Source of the DNA: Nitrosopumilus sp.
GTDB lineage: Archaea; Thermoproteota; Nitrososphaeria; Nitrososphaerales; Nitrosopumilaceae
DNA length: 32,000 nucleotides
NCBI GenBank assembly: GCA_965238065.1
Contig: OZ250170.1
Location: 1,148,422-1,180,421 of the forward strand
Direction of reading: 5' to 3'
Shown: piece after piece, positions 8,341 to 16,223 of the stretch
How the letters are laid out: the number at the start of each line of letters is the position of its first letter
Position numbering within the stretch: the stretch's first letter is position 1
Made by a program: the position numbers and the translations under genes
Notes under the pieces: generated by a model
Databases searched by the model: none
Told to the model about the DNA's origin: nothing
Seen by the model: the letters and a program-made list of their open reading frames with translations, nothing else

Positions 8341-8889
8341 ATGAAGATTCATCACCAGAAACATCATCAGACATATGTTGACGGACTAAACAGATCACTT
8401 GAACAGATGGGCAGTGCATCACACCCACAGTATATTTCATCTATTCTCTCTGATCTAAAATCAATTCCTGAATCAGGGCAAAACGCAATCAACTTTTTTG
8501 GTGGAGGGTTTGAGAATCACAGATTATTTTGGGAGACATTGATTCCAGATAGTGACGGCAAACCCGGAGGAAAATTGGCAGATTCGATTGATGTTTATTT
8601 CAACAACTTTGAGAATTTCAAGAAAGTTTTTTCAGAAAAGGCGATCGCCATTCAAGGAAGTGGCTGGTGCTGGTTAGTCTTCAATCAGACTTTTAACAAA
8701 ATTGAAATTATTACAACTTTAAACCAGGATAGTCCTTGGATTCTTCAAAAAATTCCTTTGTTAGGATTAGATGTCTGGGAACACGCATACTATCTAAAGT
8801 ACCATAATAAGAGATCTGATTATGTTAAGGCATGGTGGAATATTGTGAATTGGGATTACGTAGGAAATCGATTCATAGAACTCCCTTGA
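8341..8889 (+). CDS. sod: Fe/Mn superoxide dismutase. As an ORF it lacks the conserved N-terminus; see the finding on a frameshift at the start.
   Basis: MKIHHQKHHQTYV...GLDVWEHAYYLKYHNKRSDYV carries the Fe/Mn-SOD metal ligands and signature. The conserved TYQLPKLSYGYDELEPFIDAET is encoded in the same frame at 8275-8340 but without a start codon. Confidence 0.85.
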   Translation: MKIHHQKHHQTYVDGLNRSLEQMGSASHPQYISSILSDLKSIPESGQNAINFFGGGFENHRLFWETLIPDSDGKPGGKLADSIDVYFNNFENFKKVFSEKAIAIQGSGWCWLVFNQTFNKIEIITTLNQDSPWILQKIPLLGLDVWEHAYYLKYHNKRSDYVKAWWNIVNWDYVGNRFIELP

Positions 8890-8945
8890 CATGATATGCC
8901 TAATTTGGGCAAATTCTTTTAAAGAAAGATAGGATTTTTCATTTA

Positions 8946-11372
8946 ATGAATAGAAGTCTAAAGTATATTGCGCTTCTTGCAATCATTCCCTTGTTTACTG
9001 CAGGGTTGACAACTGACTATTTCACAGATGCCAATGCAGCCAAAGGTAAAGGTGTTAAAATCTTATCATACGGTTCTGACACTAATATTTGTGGTTTACA
9101 ATTGTGTTCTGAAATTCTAGGTGGCAAGGCCGCATGGATGGAACAGAAAAAGATATCAATTCCTGTGATAGCAGTTATGGATGATACCATGATGGATGAT
9201 ACCATGATGGATGATACCATGATGGATGATACCATGATGGATGATACCATGATGGATGATACCATGATGGATGATACCATGATGGATGATACCATGATGG
9301 ATGATACCATGATGGATGATACCATGATGGATGATACCATGATGGATGATACCATGATGGATGATACCATGATGGATGATACCATGATGGATGATACCAT
9401 GATGGATGATACCATGATGGATGATACCATGATGGATGATACCATGATGGATGATACCATGATGGATGATACCATGATGGATGATACCATGATGGATGAT
9501 ACCATGATGGATGATACCATGATGGATGATACCATGATGGATGATACCATGATGGATGATACCATGATGGATGATACCATGATGGATGATACCATGATGG
9601 ATGATACCATGATGGATGATACCATGATGGATGATACCATGATGGATGATACCATGATGGATGATACCATGATGGATGATACCATGATGGATGATACCAT
9701 GATGGATGATACCATGATGGATGATACCATGATGGATGATACCATGATGGATGATACCATGATGGATGATACCATGATGGATGATACCATGATGGATGAT
9801 ACCATGATGGATGATACCATGATGGATGATACCATGATGGATGATACCATGATGGATGATACCATGATGGATGATACCATGATGGATGATACCATGATGG
9901 ATGATACCATGATGGATGATACCATGATGGATGATACCATGATGGATGATACCATGATGGATGATACCATGATGGATGATACCATGATGGATGATACCAT
10001 GATGGATGATACCATGATGGATGATACCATGATGGATGATACCATGATGGATGATACCATGATGGATGATACCATGATGGATGATACCATGATGGATGAT
10101 ACCATGATGGATGATACCATGATGGATGATACCATGATGGATGATACCATGATGGATGATACCATGATGGATGATACCATGATGGATGATACCATGATGG
10201 ATGATACCATGATGGATGATACCATGATGGATGATACCATGATGGATGATACCATGATGGATGATACCATGATGGATGATACCATGATGGATGATACCAT
10301 GATGGATGATACCATGATGGATGATACCATGATGGATGATACCATGATGGATGATACCATGATGGATGATACCATGATGATGGATGAAACAACAGAGGCA
10401 GACTTGGATTCTGTACTTAGATTATCAAGAGCAAACGTTCCAGCAGTAATTCCACTGCACCAAGGATACTATGACGGCGAAGATGTTTATTTTATCATCA
10501 CTGACTCTAGTGATCCTGCTCATGCAAAAATAATTACAGAGAATCAAGGATGGCAAGTAGAGCTTGCACCCTTGTTAGCAAACGCTCCTGATGAGGCACT
10601 TTCAAAGATATACATATTTACCAACGGTGTTGTTGGCGATGGCATTCATGAATACCAAGGTGAAGTCTTTACAAGCACTCCTGCACAAACAGACACATAC
10701 AGTGCATTGACTTCTCATGTTCATGTTACATGGAATGAAAGTGAAACATCAAGAATACTTGATTCAGATGAAATGATTATGAAAGCAGTCGAGAACGGAG
10801 AAATTACATTAACTAACGTTGATGTAATTTTAAACATGCCACAGATTATTTGGCCTGAGGGTCAGATGATGGTTAAAGAAGACAAAACTTTGACTGATGA
10901 GCAGCCATATGGTGGGGGTCAAGTTCTTGATATAGATACAGAGGAGATGAATGTAACTTTCATCGCTCATCGTGGATGGGGTCCTGATGGTAGAACAATC
11001 TATTACATTGTAACAGATGCTACTCCAAGCGGGCCTGCAGAATTGATGGGTGTTGTAAGTGCACCAACATTATCTAGCTTGATTACAAATTCAGCGGCAG
11101 TTGATCTATTCCAATTCAAAAACGGAATAACAGGCTCTGGCCCATTAGGTTTCCAAGCTGGAATTGCAACCTCGGCACCTAATGATGCCAATTATTCTCC
11201 AATATGGAGAATTTCTGGCATTACATGGGAAAACCCAGATGATGCATCTCTTCTTCAAACATTGCAAGACATTAGCGCATTCCAAAAAGCAGGACTTGTC
11301 AGTACAACATTACTACGTCCAATGGATAGTGATCACATTGTCAACTGTCCATTCATAGATCCATTCCAATAG
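8946..11372 (+). CDS. Secreted repeat protein: signal peptide, (MMDDT)x80 tract, internally duplicated C-terminal domain of unknown function
   Basis: 808-aa ORF. The N-terminus MNRSLKYIALLAIIPLFTAGL...ANA is signal-like. A 1200-nt in-frame repeat follows. The non-repetitive C-terminal ~330 aa has normal-looking composition. Confidence 0.8.
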   Translation: MNRSLKYIALLAIIPLFTAGLTTDYFTDANAAKGKGVKILSYGSDTNICGLQLCSEILGGKAAWMEQKKISIPVIAVMDDTMMDDTMMDDTMMDDTMMDDTMMDDTMMDDTMMDDTMMDDTMMDDTMMDDTMMDDTMMDDTMMDDTMMDDTMMDDTMMDDTMMDDTMMDDTMMDDTMMDDTMMDDTMMDDTMMDDTMMDDTMMDDTMMDDTMMDDTMMDDTMMDDTMMDDTMMDDTMMDDTMMDDTMMDDTMMDDTMMDDTMMDDTMMDDTMMDDTMMDDTMMDDTMMDDTMMDDTMMDDTMMDDTMMDDTMMDDTMMDDTMMDDTMMDDTMMDDTMMDDTMMDDTMMDDTMMDDTMMDDTMMDDTMMDDTMMDDTMMDDTMMDDTMMDDTMMDDTMMDDTMMDDTMMDDTMMDDTMMDDTMMDDTMMDDTMMDDTMMDDTMMDDTMMDDTMMDDTMMDDTMMDDTMMDDTMMDDTMMMDETTEADLDSVLRLSRANVPAVIPLHQGYYDGEDVYFIITDSSDPAHAKIITENQGWQVELAPLLANAPDEALSKIYIFTNGVVGDGIHEYQGEVFTSTPAQTDTYSALTSHVHVTWNESETSRILDSDEMIMKAVENGEITLTNVDVILNMPQIIWPEGQMMVKEDKTLTDEQPYGGGQVLDIDTEEMNVTFIAHRGWGPDGRTIYYIVTDATPSGPAELMGVVSAPTLSSLITNSAAVDLFQFKNGITGSGPLGFQAGIATSAPNDANYSPIWRISGITWENPDDASLLQTLQDISAFQKAGLVSTTLLRPMDSDHIVNCPFIDPFQ
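9177..10376 (+). repeat. Perfect tandem repeat, 80 x 15 bp (ATGGATGATACCATG)
   Basis: Every 60-nt line from 9181 to 10320 is identical. The unit phase starts at 9177 and first deviates at 10377. Confidence 0.95.
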
Positions 11373-11384
11373 GGATAAACTCTA

Positions 11385-11396
11385 TTTTATTTTTTT
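11385..11396 (+). terminator. Oligo-T tract, candidate archaeal terminator of the repeat-protein gene
   Basis: ttttattttttt lies 13 nt after the stop codon. Archaeal termination typically uses T runs. Confidence 0.3.
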
Positions 11397-11486
11397 GAAT
11401 TCTTTACATGTTAATTTTAATTAAAAATCTGTAACAAATTTAGAAAATCAACTATACAGTTCTGGTATAACTTAAGGCCGTACAAT

Positions 11487-12788
11487 CAGTTAACCCAGAT
11501 GTGCTCAAAATCAGCTAAAAATGCAAAGATCTATAGGAGGGACGTCTCAAACAGTAATTCGTGCTTAAGCAAACAAACCGTCTGAGACGCGATTTAATTA
11601 ATAATCGTACAGCATATCAACAAATCACATTTTTTCTTGAAAACTACCTGTCATTATACAATACCAGTATCCACCAGATATAATGCAGTGTATACTCTGA
11701 ACAATTTTTTTCAGGGCATGATGCGTGTATCAATTCTTACTACGTCAATCGCCAGATGTGCTTCTTCGTTTCAAAAGTTTGCACAATTGGATAATGACTC
11801 GTGCAGGCAAAGAAATCCAATCGGAGAGTGGTTTCGCAATATGCTCTCCAAAATAAGGATTAGTGACGTTCGTGAATCCTTTGAATCCACACTACGAGAA
11901 CAAATTTCCATGTTTCAACATATCAAATGTCTTTCAAAAAAATGTGATTATATAATTGACATGCATGAAATATCACGATATGATAAGAAACATGCACCAG
12001 ATCTACGACGTGGTAAATACAAAAATGGAACATCGTGGTTTGAGACATATGTCACCATACAATGTGTCAACGGTGGCCTCGCATCTGGTTTTGGCATCAT
12101 TACATGTTCCTGCACTAGAAAATTATGGCAAATTCGTGCGTAAAATTGTAACTATATGCACTGAACTGGATGTAAACATTGGAACCATAATGCTGGATCG
12201 AGTGTTTTTTTTTCAACCAGTGTAATGCAGACCTTGGATGAACTCGGGGTTTAATTTTTGATTCCATGTAAAAACACTACTACTGTTGTTGATGCTCTAA
12301 ATGATTTTGCTGCAGGCAAACGCAAGCGTATCACAATATCTGTAATTACATCTAGTACATCACATCAGAAATTTGAATACACAATGAAAATAACTGAGAG
12401 AAAAAAGATAAAGCGCAACACTGGCAATAAAGAACCAAAAGAAAAGTACATTGGATTTGCAACCAATTCACCTAATGTTAATGTGCGAAAATATGCCAAA
12501 CGATGGGGAATCGAGACAGGATATAGGATGATTGAATCGACAAGGCCTAGAACGCGCAGTACCAACATGGCATCACGTGAATTCTGTTTTCTTTATGCGA
12601 TAATAGTGTTCAATGCGTGGGTGATGGCAAATGCACTGATTTCACGTGGTAGATAGAGAGAGAGATGGAAGGGTAAGATAACAATGACGGACATGAGGAT
12701 TATGATAAACGAATCTGTGATATGGTCGAAACTACCTCCTGAACCACTTCCGAATTGGTCAGGATTGTGAGCACATCTGGGTTAACTG
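11487..12788 (+). mobile_element. IS4/ISH3-type insertion sequence (1302 bp) with an inactivated transposase
   Basis: TIRs CAGTTAACCCAGATGTGCTCA(A/C)AATC at both ends. 5-bp direct repeat ACAAT at 11482-11486 and 12789-12793. Confidence 0.85.
11637..12656 (+). pseudogene. DDE (DDE_Tnp_1 / IS4-ISH3 type) transposase, disrupted
   Basis: Three ORF pieces in frames 3/1/3 (11637-12143, 11956-12225, 12258-12656). They contain IIDMHEISRYDKK...GKYKNGTSWF, LDRVFFFQPV and YAKRWGIETGYRMIES (the Y-x2-R-x3-E signature). Continuity needs 2 frameshifts plus read-through of a TAA near 12255. Confidence 0.75.
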
Positions 12789-12964
12789 ACAATATCCGAT
12801 TGTCATAATTACAATAGGTTTTAGGTGCTAAGCGAGAACTTGTCGAATTTTTTTCACCAAGAAGCAAATATGAGAGCTAATTATTACACGATGTAACAAT
12901 TTTTTCAATATTTCATGTTTTTTTGTTTGATTTAGGAACAAATTGTTCAAATCTTCCAAATATT

Positions 12965-13064
12965 GTAACTGTTTACAGTTTTAAAGTATTACGCACAAGA
13001 TATGTCAAAACAGGTTATTTTTTTAACACAAACACGATGGGACTTCAAAACTCTAGACAATTAT
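12965..13064 (+). mobile_element. MITE-A copy
   Basis: gtaactgtttacagttttaaagtattacgcacaagatatgtc...acttcaaaactctagacaattat. No matching flanking duplication seen. Confidence 0.85.
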
Positions 13065-13254
13065 CTTCAATCTGTTCTGGAGTGAACATGAGCTTTACAC
13101 TGTTGTAAATTGAACTGCTTAGCCATGTATAAAATTCCGGTTGATCAGATGTAAATGATATTATCCTGTCTTTTGTATCTGGTGTTACCTTCTAATTTTC
13201 CTTGCTTGCATTTTGAAATTTGAGATGGGCTAAAAAACTCAATATAGTTTTCAC

Positions 13255-13337
13255 GTATGAATCAAGCAAAGAACATGTTTTATGCCTGTAACGTCTTGAC
13301 TATTCTAGTAGATTTAGGTGCAGAGGTTGATACATAC
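13255..13337 (+). mobile_element. MITE-B copy, overlapping the 3' end of the ORF 13280-14227
   Basis: gtatgaatcaagcaaagaacatg...gcagaggttgatacatac. No TSD recognisable. Confidence 0.85.
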
Positions 13338-14227
13338 TGTAATTTTAAAATCTCATCTAAAATTGTCCCTGCAAATCTCCTCGCTGGTTTTTGCTTTTTT
13401 AAAATTTCAGTGGCAATCTGCACCAAATAAGGACGTAATAATTTGTCACTAAAACACAGTTTTAGCGTATCATAGTATTCTAGTATCATAGTGTCATTCT
13501 TTTCACAAACTATCTTTTGAACTATCAGAGTTGCCCTATTTACTTTGTCATGTGTCTCAAGTTGAATCATCGCATACTGTAAAAACTCTTGTACAACTTC
13601 TTTGTGTCTTTGTATTATTGATGCAGTTAATCTAAATTTTGAGATATTGCTAAATTTTATCAGTATCTGGGATACTGTATTGTCAAATTTCATATAATAC
13701 TGTTGCATTAATGGTGCCACTTGTAACAGTAAAATTTCATCAAACACGTAGTTTTTTGACAAGTTTCTTTCTATATCAATTACAAGTTCAATTATTACAA
13801 ATACAAATTTCAGAGGATCCAATATTTCAGATTTTTTGTATTCTACAGAGTATTTTGCAAACATCTGGTTTAACATGTTGATTGCATGTGCAGACAACAA
13901 ACTCCTGCTTTTGTCTGCATCCAATGTCTTGATAATTTTAAGAAGAATGGCTGCAAATAACGAATAGTTTTTTGCCGAATATCCGTTATTTCTTAGGCAC
14001 TGACTCTCAAAAATACTTGCAAATTCATCCAAGATTCTTGGAATTTGCTCTGCTTGTTTTATGTTTCTAAAATTGATTATCTTGTCCGGTTTAGAGTTGC
14101 TTTTTACTATAAACAAAGGATTAGCTAGTTTCAATGCACTTTGAATCGATGCTAGTCTGACCCTGTTACCTCTGCTGTATTTGTTTTTTTGTAATGTGTG
14201 AATGGATTGAATCAATGAATCATACAA
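13280..14227 (-). CDS. Hypothetical all-helical protein (orphan) with a MITE-derived C-terminus
   Basis: 315-aa uninterrupted ORF in AT-rich DNA. No motif recognised. The last 18 codons and the stop lie inside MITE-B (YVSTSAPKSTRIVKTLQA*). Confidence 0.5.
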   Translation of the reverse strand: MYDSLIQSIHTLQKNKYSRGNRVRLASIQSALKLANPLFIVKSNSKPDKIINFRNIKQAEQIPRILDEFASIFESQCLRNNGYSAKNYSLFAAILLKIIKTLDADKSRSLLSAHAINMLNQMFAKYSVEYKKSEILDPLKFVFVIIELVIDIERNLSKNYVFDEILLLQVAPLMQQYYMKFDNTVSQILIKFSNISKFRLTASIIQRHKEVVQEFLQYAMIQLETHDKVNRATLIVQKIVCEKNDTMILEYYDTLKLCFSDKLLRPYLVQIATEILKKQKPARRFAGTILDEILKLQYVSTSAPKSTRIVKTLQA

Positions 14228-14323
14228 TAAAGTTTGTTACCTTGCTATCTTCATAAACGTTACATATATGCACAAAAGGTATGTGTCAACCCTTACGCCT
14301 GAATCAACTAGATTAGTTGGATG

Positions 14324-14405
14324 GTATGTATCAACCTCTACGCCTAAATCCACTAAAATAGTTGGACGTTATAGTCGTAAAACATGCTCTTTGCTTGATT
14401 CATAC
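14324..14405 (-). mobile_element. MITE-B copy inserted in the older MITE-B
   Basis: Flanked by GTTGGATG (14316-14323) and GTTGAATG (14406-14413), a 7/8 match. Confidence 0.85.
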
Positions 14406-14438
14406 GTTGAATGTTATAGGCATGAAGCATGTTATTTG

Positions 14439-14538
14439 GTAACTGTCTACAGTTTTGAAGTATTACGCACAAGATATGTCAAAACAGGTTATTTTTTTGA
14501 CACAAGCACAAAGTAACTTCAAAACTCTAGACAATTAC
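14439..14538 (+). mobile_element. MITE-A copy inserted in the older MITE-B
   Basis: Flanked by perfect GTTATTTG at 14431-14438 and 14539-14546. Confidence 0.9.
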
Positions 14539-14553
14539 GTTATTTGTTTAATT

Positions 14554-14635
14554 GTATGAATCAGCAAAGAACGTGTTTTATGCCTATAACGTCTTGACCA
14601 TTCCGACGGATTTGAGTGTAGAGGTTGATACATAC
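14554..14635 (+). mobile_element. MITE-B copy inserted in the older MITE-B
   Basis: Flanked by perfect GTTTAATT at 14546-14553 and 14636-14643. Confidence 0.9.
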
Positions 14636-14958
14636 GTTTAATTCATACCGCAAAAGCATACAGGTTTTCAGTTCATTACTGTTGAAAAATATCCGCACAT
14701 TTGGAGGATCATTCTTTGTAAACCTTGAAAGATTTGCGCTGTGGGTTATGTGCTGTATATGATGTCTTTGTGTGATACGTCTTTGCAGTCTAGATATTTC
14801 TGATGTCTGTTTGGGCGTTAATGTTTTGAGTTTAGAGATTCTCTCATTTTTTGCTTGATTGGCAATTGCCACGTTTGTGATCTAAATGTGATTACTTTTC
14901 CACATGCTGAAATTAGACAAAGTTGTTATTAAAGGAAAAAATTAGTGTCTAGTGACAT

Positions 14959-15267
14959 ATGATTCAGGCTGAAATTAGTGTCTATCCAATGGCAACAAGA
15001 ACTACCAGTGCTAGTTTTTACATTGCAAAAGCAATAGAGTCAATCCAGAATACAGAAAATCTAAGATACGAGATCAATTCAATGGGGACAGTTTTAGAAT
15101 CTGACAGCATTGATGTAATCTACAAGGCATCCAAGACAATGATGGAAACAGTTCACAATCTAGGAGTTGACAGAGTTGAGGTTGTAATCAAGGTAGACTC
15201 ACGGAGAGACAAACATGTAAAGATGGAAGAAAAACTAGAGTCTATCAAAAAACATCTGAACAAATAG
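14959..15267 (+). CDS. MTH1187/YkoF-family (DUF77, thiamine-binding-like) protein
   Basis: 102 aa. MIQAEISVYPMATRTTSASFYIAKAIESI...NSMGTVLE...VDRVEVVIKVDSRRDK matches the family pattern. Confidence 0.8.
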   Translation: MIQAEISVYPMATRTTSASFYIAKAIESIQNTENLRYEINSMGTVLESDSIDVIYKASKTMMETVHNLGVDRVEVVIKVDSRRDKHVKMEEKLESIKKHLNK

Positions 15268-15831
15268 GTATATCCGAGAATGCAAAAATCACGTCCATGA
15301 TATCTTTGCTCTTGATGCCAAGTTTTGTTGCTATATAAAGAACAGATTATTTTGGTGAACTTTGAATAATCATCCTGCTCTCTCATGTTGTGCAAAAATG
15401 CAAACGTTTGTACATGTGATTCCAGATTAAACTTGTTGACTCTTTTGTGCTATACCGTCCACAGTCAAAGATATGCTGTTCTGCACTCAGTTGTTGGTAT
15501 GCACATCATCTCTTGCATATTCATTGAGACTGATTTACTGTATGATGTTCGTACCCCAAAGATTCCAAAGAATGATACACATTATACTCGTCTGTGCTGT
15601 TGTGAGATCCTTTTGATATCACATTACAAACAAGGTCTGCAATGGATGTATACTTTTGAGGTAACCTCAAATATCGTATCACCGCCTCTTTGATGATTGT
15701 ACAGAGTAATCGGGAAATCTCGATCAAACTTGCCACGTTCCGGTGGTGGTTTTACTGCATGTCTTTTTGGCAGTCTTTCTGATGGTATGATGGTATAGTG
15801 ATAGTTTTTTCCTTTCAGTCCACTGTGCATA

Positions 15832-15889
15832 ATAAGTTTAGGTCTCCTGACCAGAACATCTAAAATTCGTGCTCAACCTAAACTCTTAC
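15832..15889. mobile_element. MITE-C copy inside the IS1595 transposase pseudogene
   Basis: ataagtttaggtctcctgaccagaacatctaaaattcgtgctcaacctaaactcttac, flanked by perfect TGTGCATA at 15824-15831 and 15890-15897. Removing it restores EMDELYMHSGLKGK. Confidence 0.85.
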
Positions 15890-16140
15890 TGTGCATATAC
15901 AGTTCATCCATCTCACAATTACCCGATAACATCTTGTCTTTTTATGAATCAGTAATCTTTTGTAAAACTTTGTGAGTCATGTAATAGCACATCTTGTACT
16001 GCACCCACATCTTTTTGCAAATCTCTCTGATTGATATTCCAATACTGGTGAGACAATGCAGGACATCCAGATAAAAAAGAACCGCTGGAATGGGAACATG
16101 TGAGAGTAATGAAAGTCACCGGTCTTGTCGTTGAATGTGC

Positions 16141-16223
16141 GTATGTGTCAACCTCTACGCCTAAATCCACTAGAATGGTCAAGACGCTATAGGCATAAAA
16201 CATGTTCTTTGCTTGATTCATAC
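16141..16223 (-). mobile_element. MITE-B copy inside the IS1595 transposase pseudogene
   Basis: Flanked by perfect GAATGTGC at 16133-16140 and 16224-16231. Removing it restores ...CHSCGSTFNDKTG... Confidence 0.9.

Larger units (their letters stand above)
14279..14648 (-). mobile_element. Old MITE-B copy split by three later MITE insertions
   Basis: Joining 14279-14323, 14414-14438, 14547-14553 and 14644-14648 gives an 82-bp sequence that aligns along its length to the MITE-B consensus. Confidence 0.8.

Noticed and set aside
9017-10392. Two long minus-strand ORFs (452 aa MVSSI-repeat and 405 aa SWYHP-repeat) across the 15-bp tandem repeat
   Set aside because: They are antisense shadows. A stop-free periodic repeat is open in several frames. 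Only the plus frame is embedded in an ORF with a signal peptide and a non-repetitive domain.
11003-11358. Short ORFs 11003-11191 (-) and 11164-11358 (+) inside the repeat-protein gene
   Set aside because: They are fully contained in the well-supported 8946-11372 CDS in other frames and have no features.
14268-14516. ORF 82 aa (YVSTLTPESTR…YVSTSTPKSTK…)
   Set aside because: Read-through of two MITE-B copies and a MITE-A within the four-element nest.
14561-14872. ORF 103 aa on the minus strand (GTG start)
   Set aside because: The 3' third is MITE sequence (nest ends at 14648). The unique 74 codons are basic and low in complexity, with no motif. It may be a remnant of a disrupted gene, but I cannot support it.
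15153-15830. ORFs 15153-15395, 15385-15693, 15521-15736, 15624-15830
   Set aside because: They are not independent genes. The minus-strand pieces are fragments of the frameshifted IS1595-family transposase, and the plus-strand ORF is its shadow. 15153-15395 also runs antisense into the MTH1187-family gene.
15949-16221. ORF 90 aa on the minus strand
   Set aside because: It starts inside MITE-B (16141-16223) and continues out of frame through the IS1595 transposase pseudogene.
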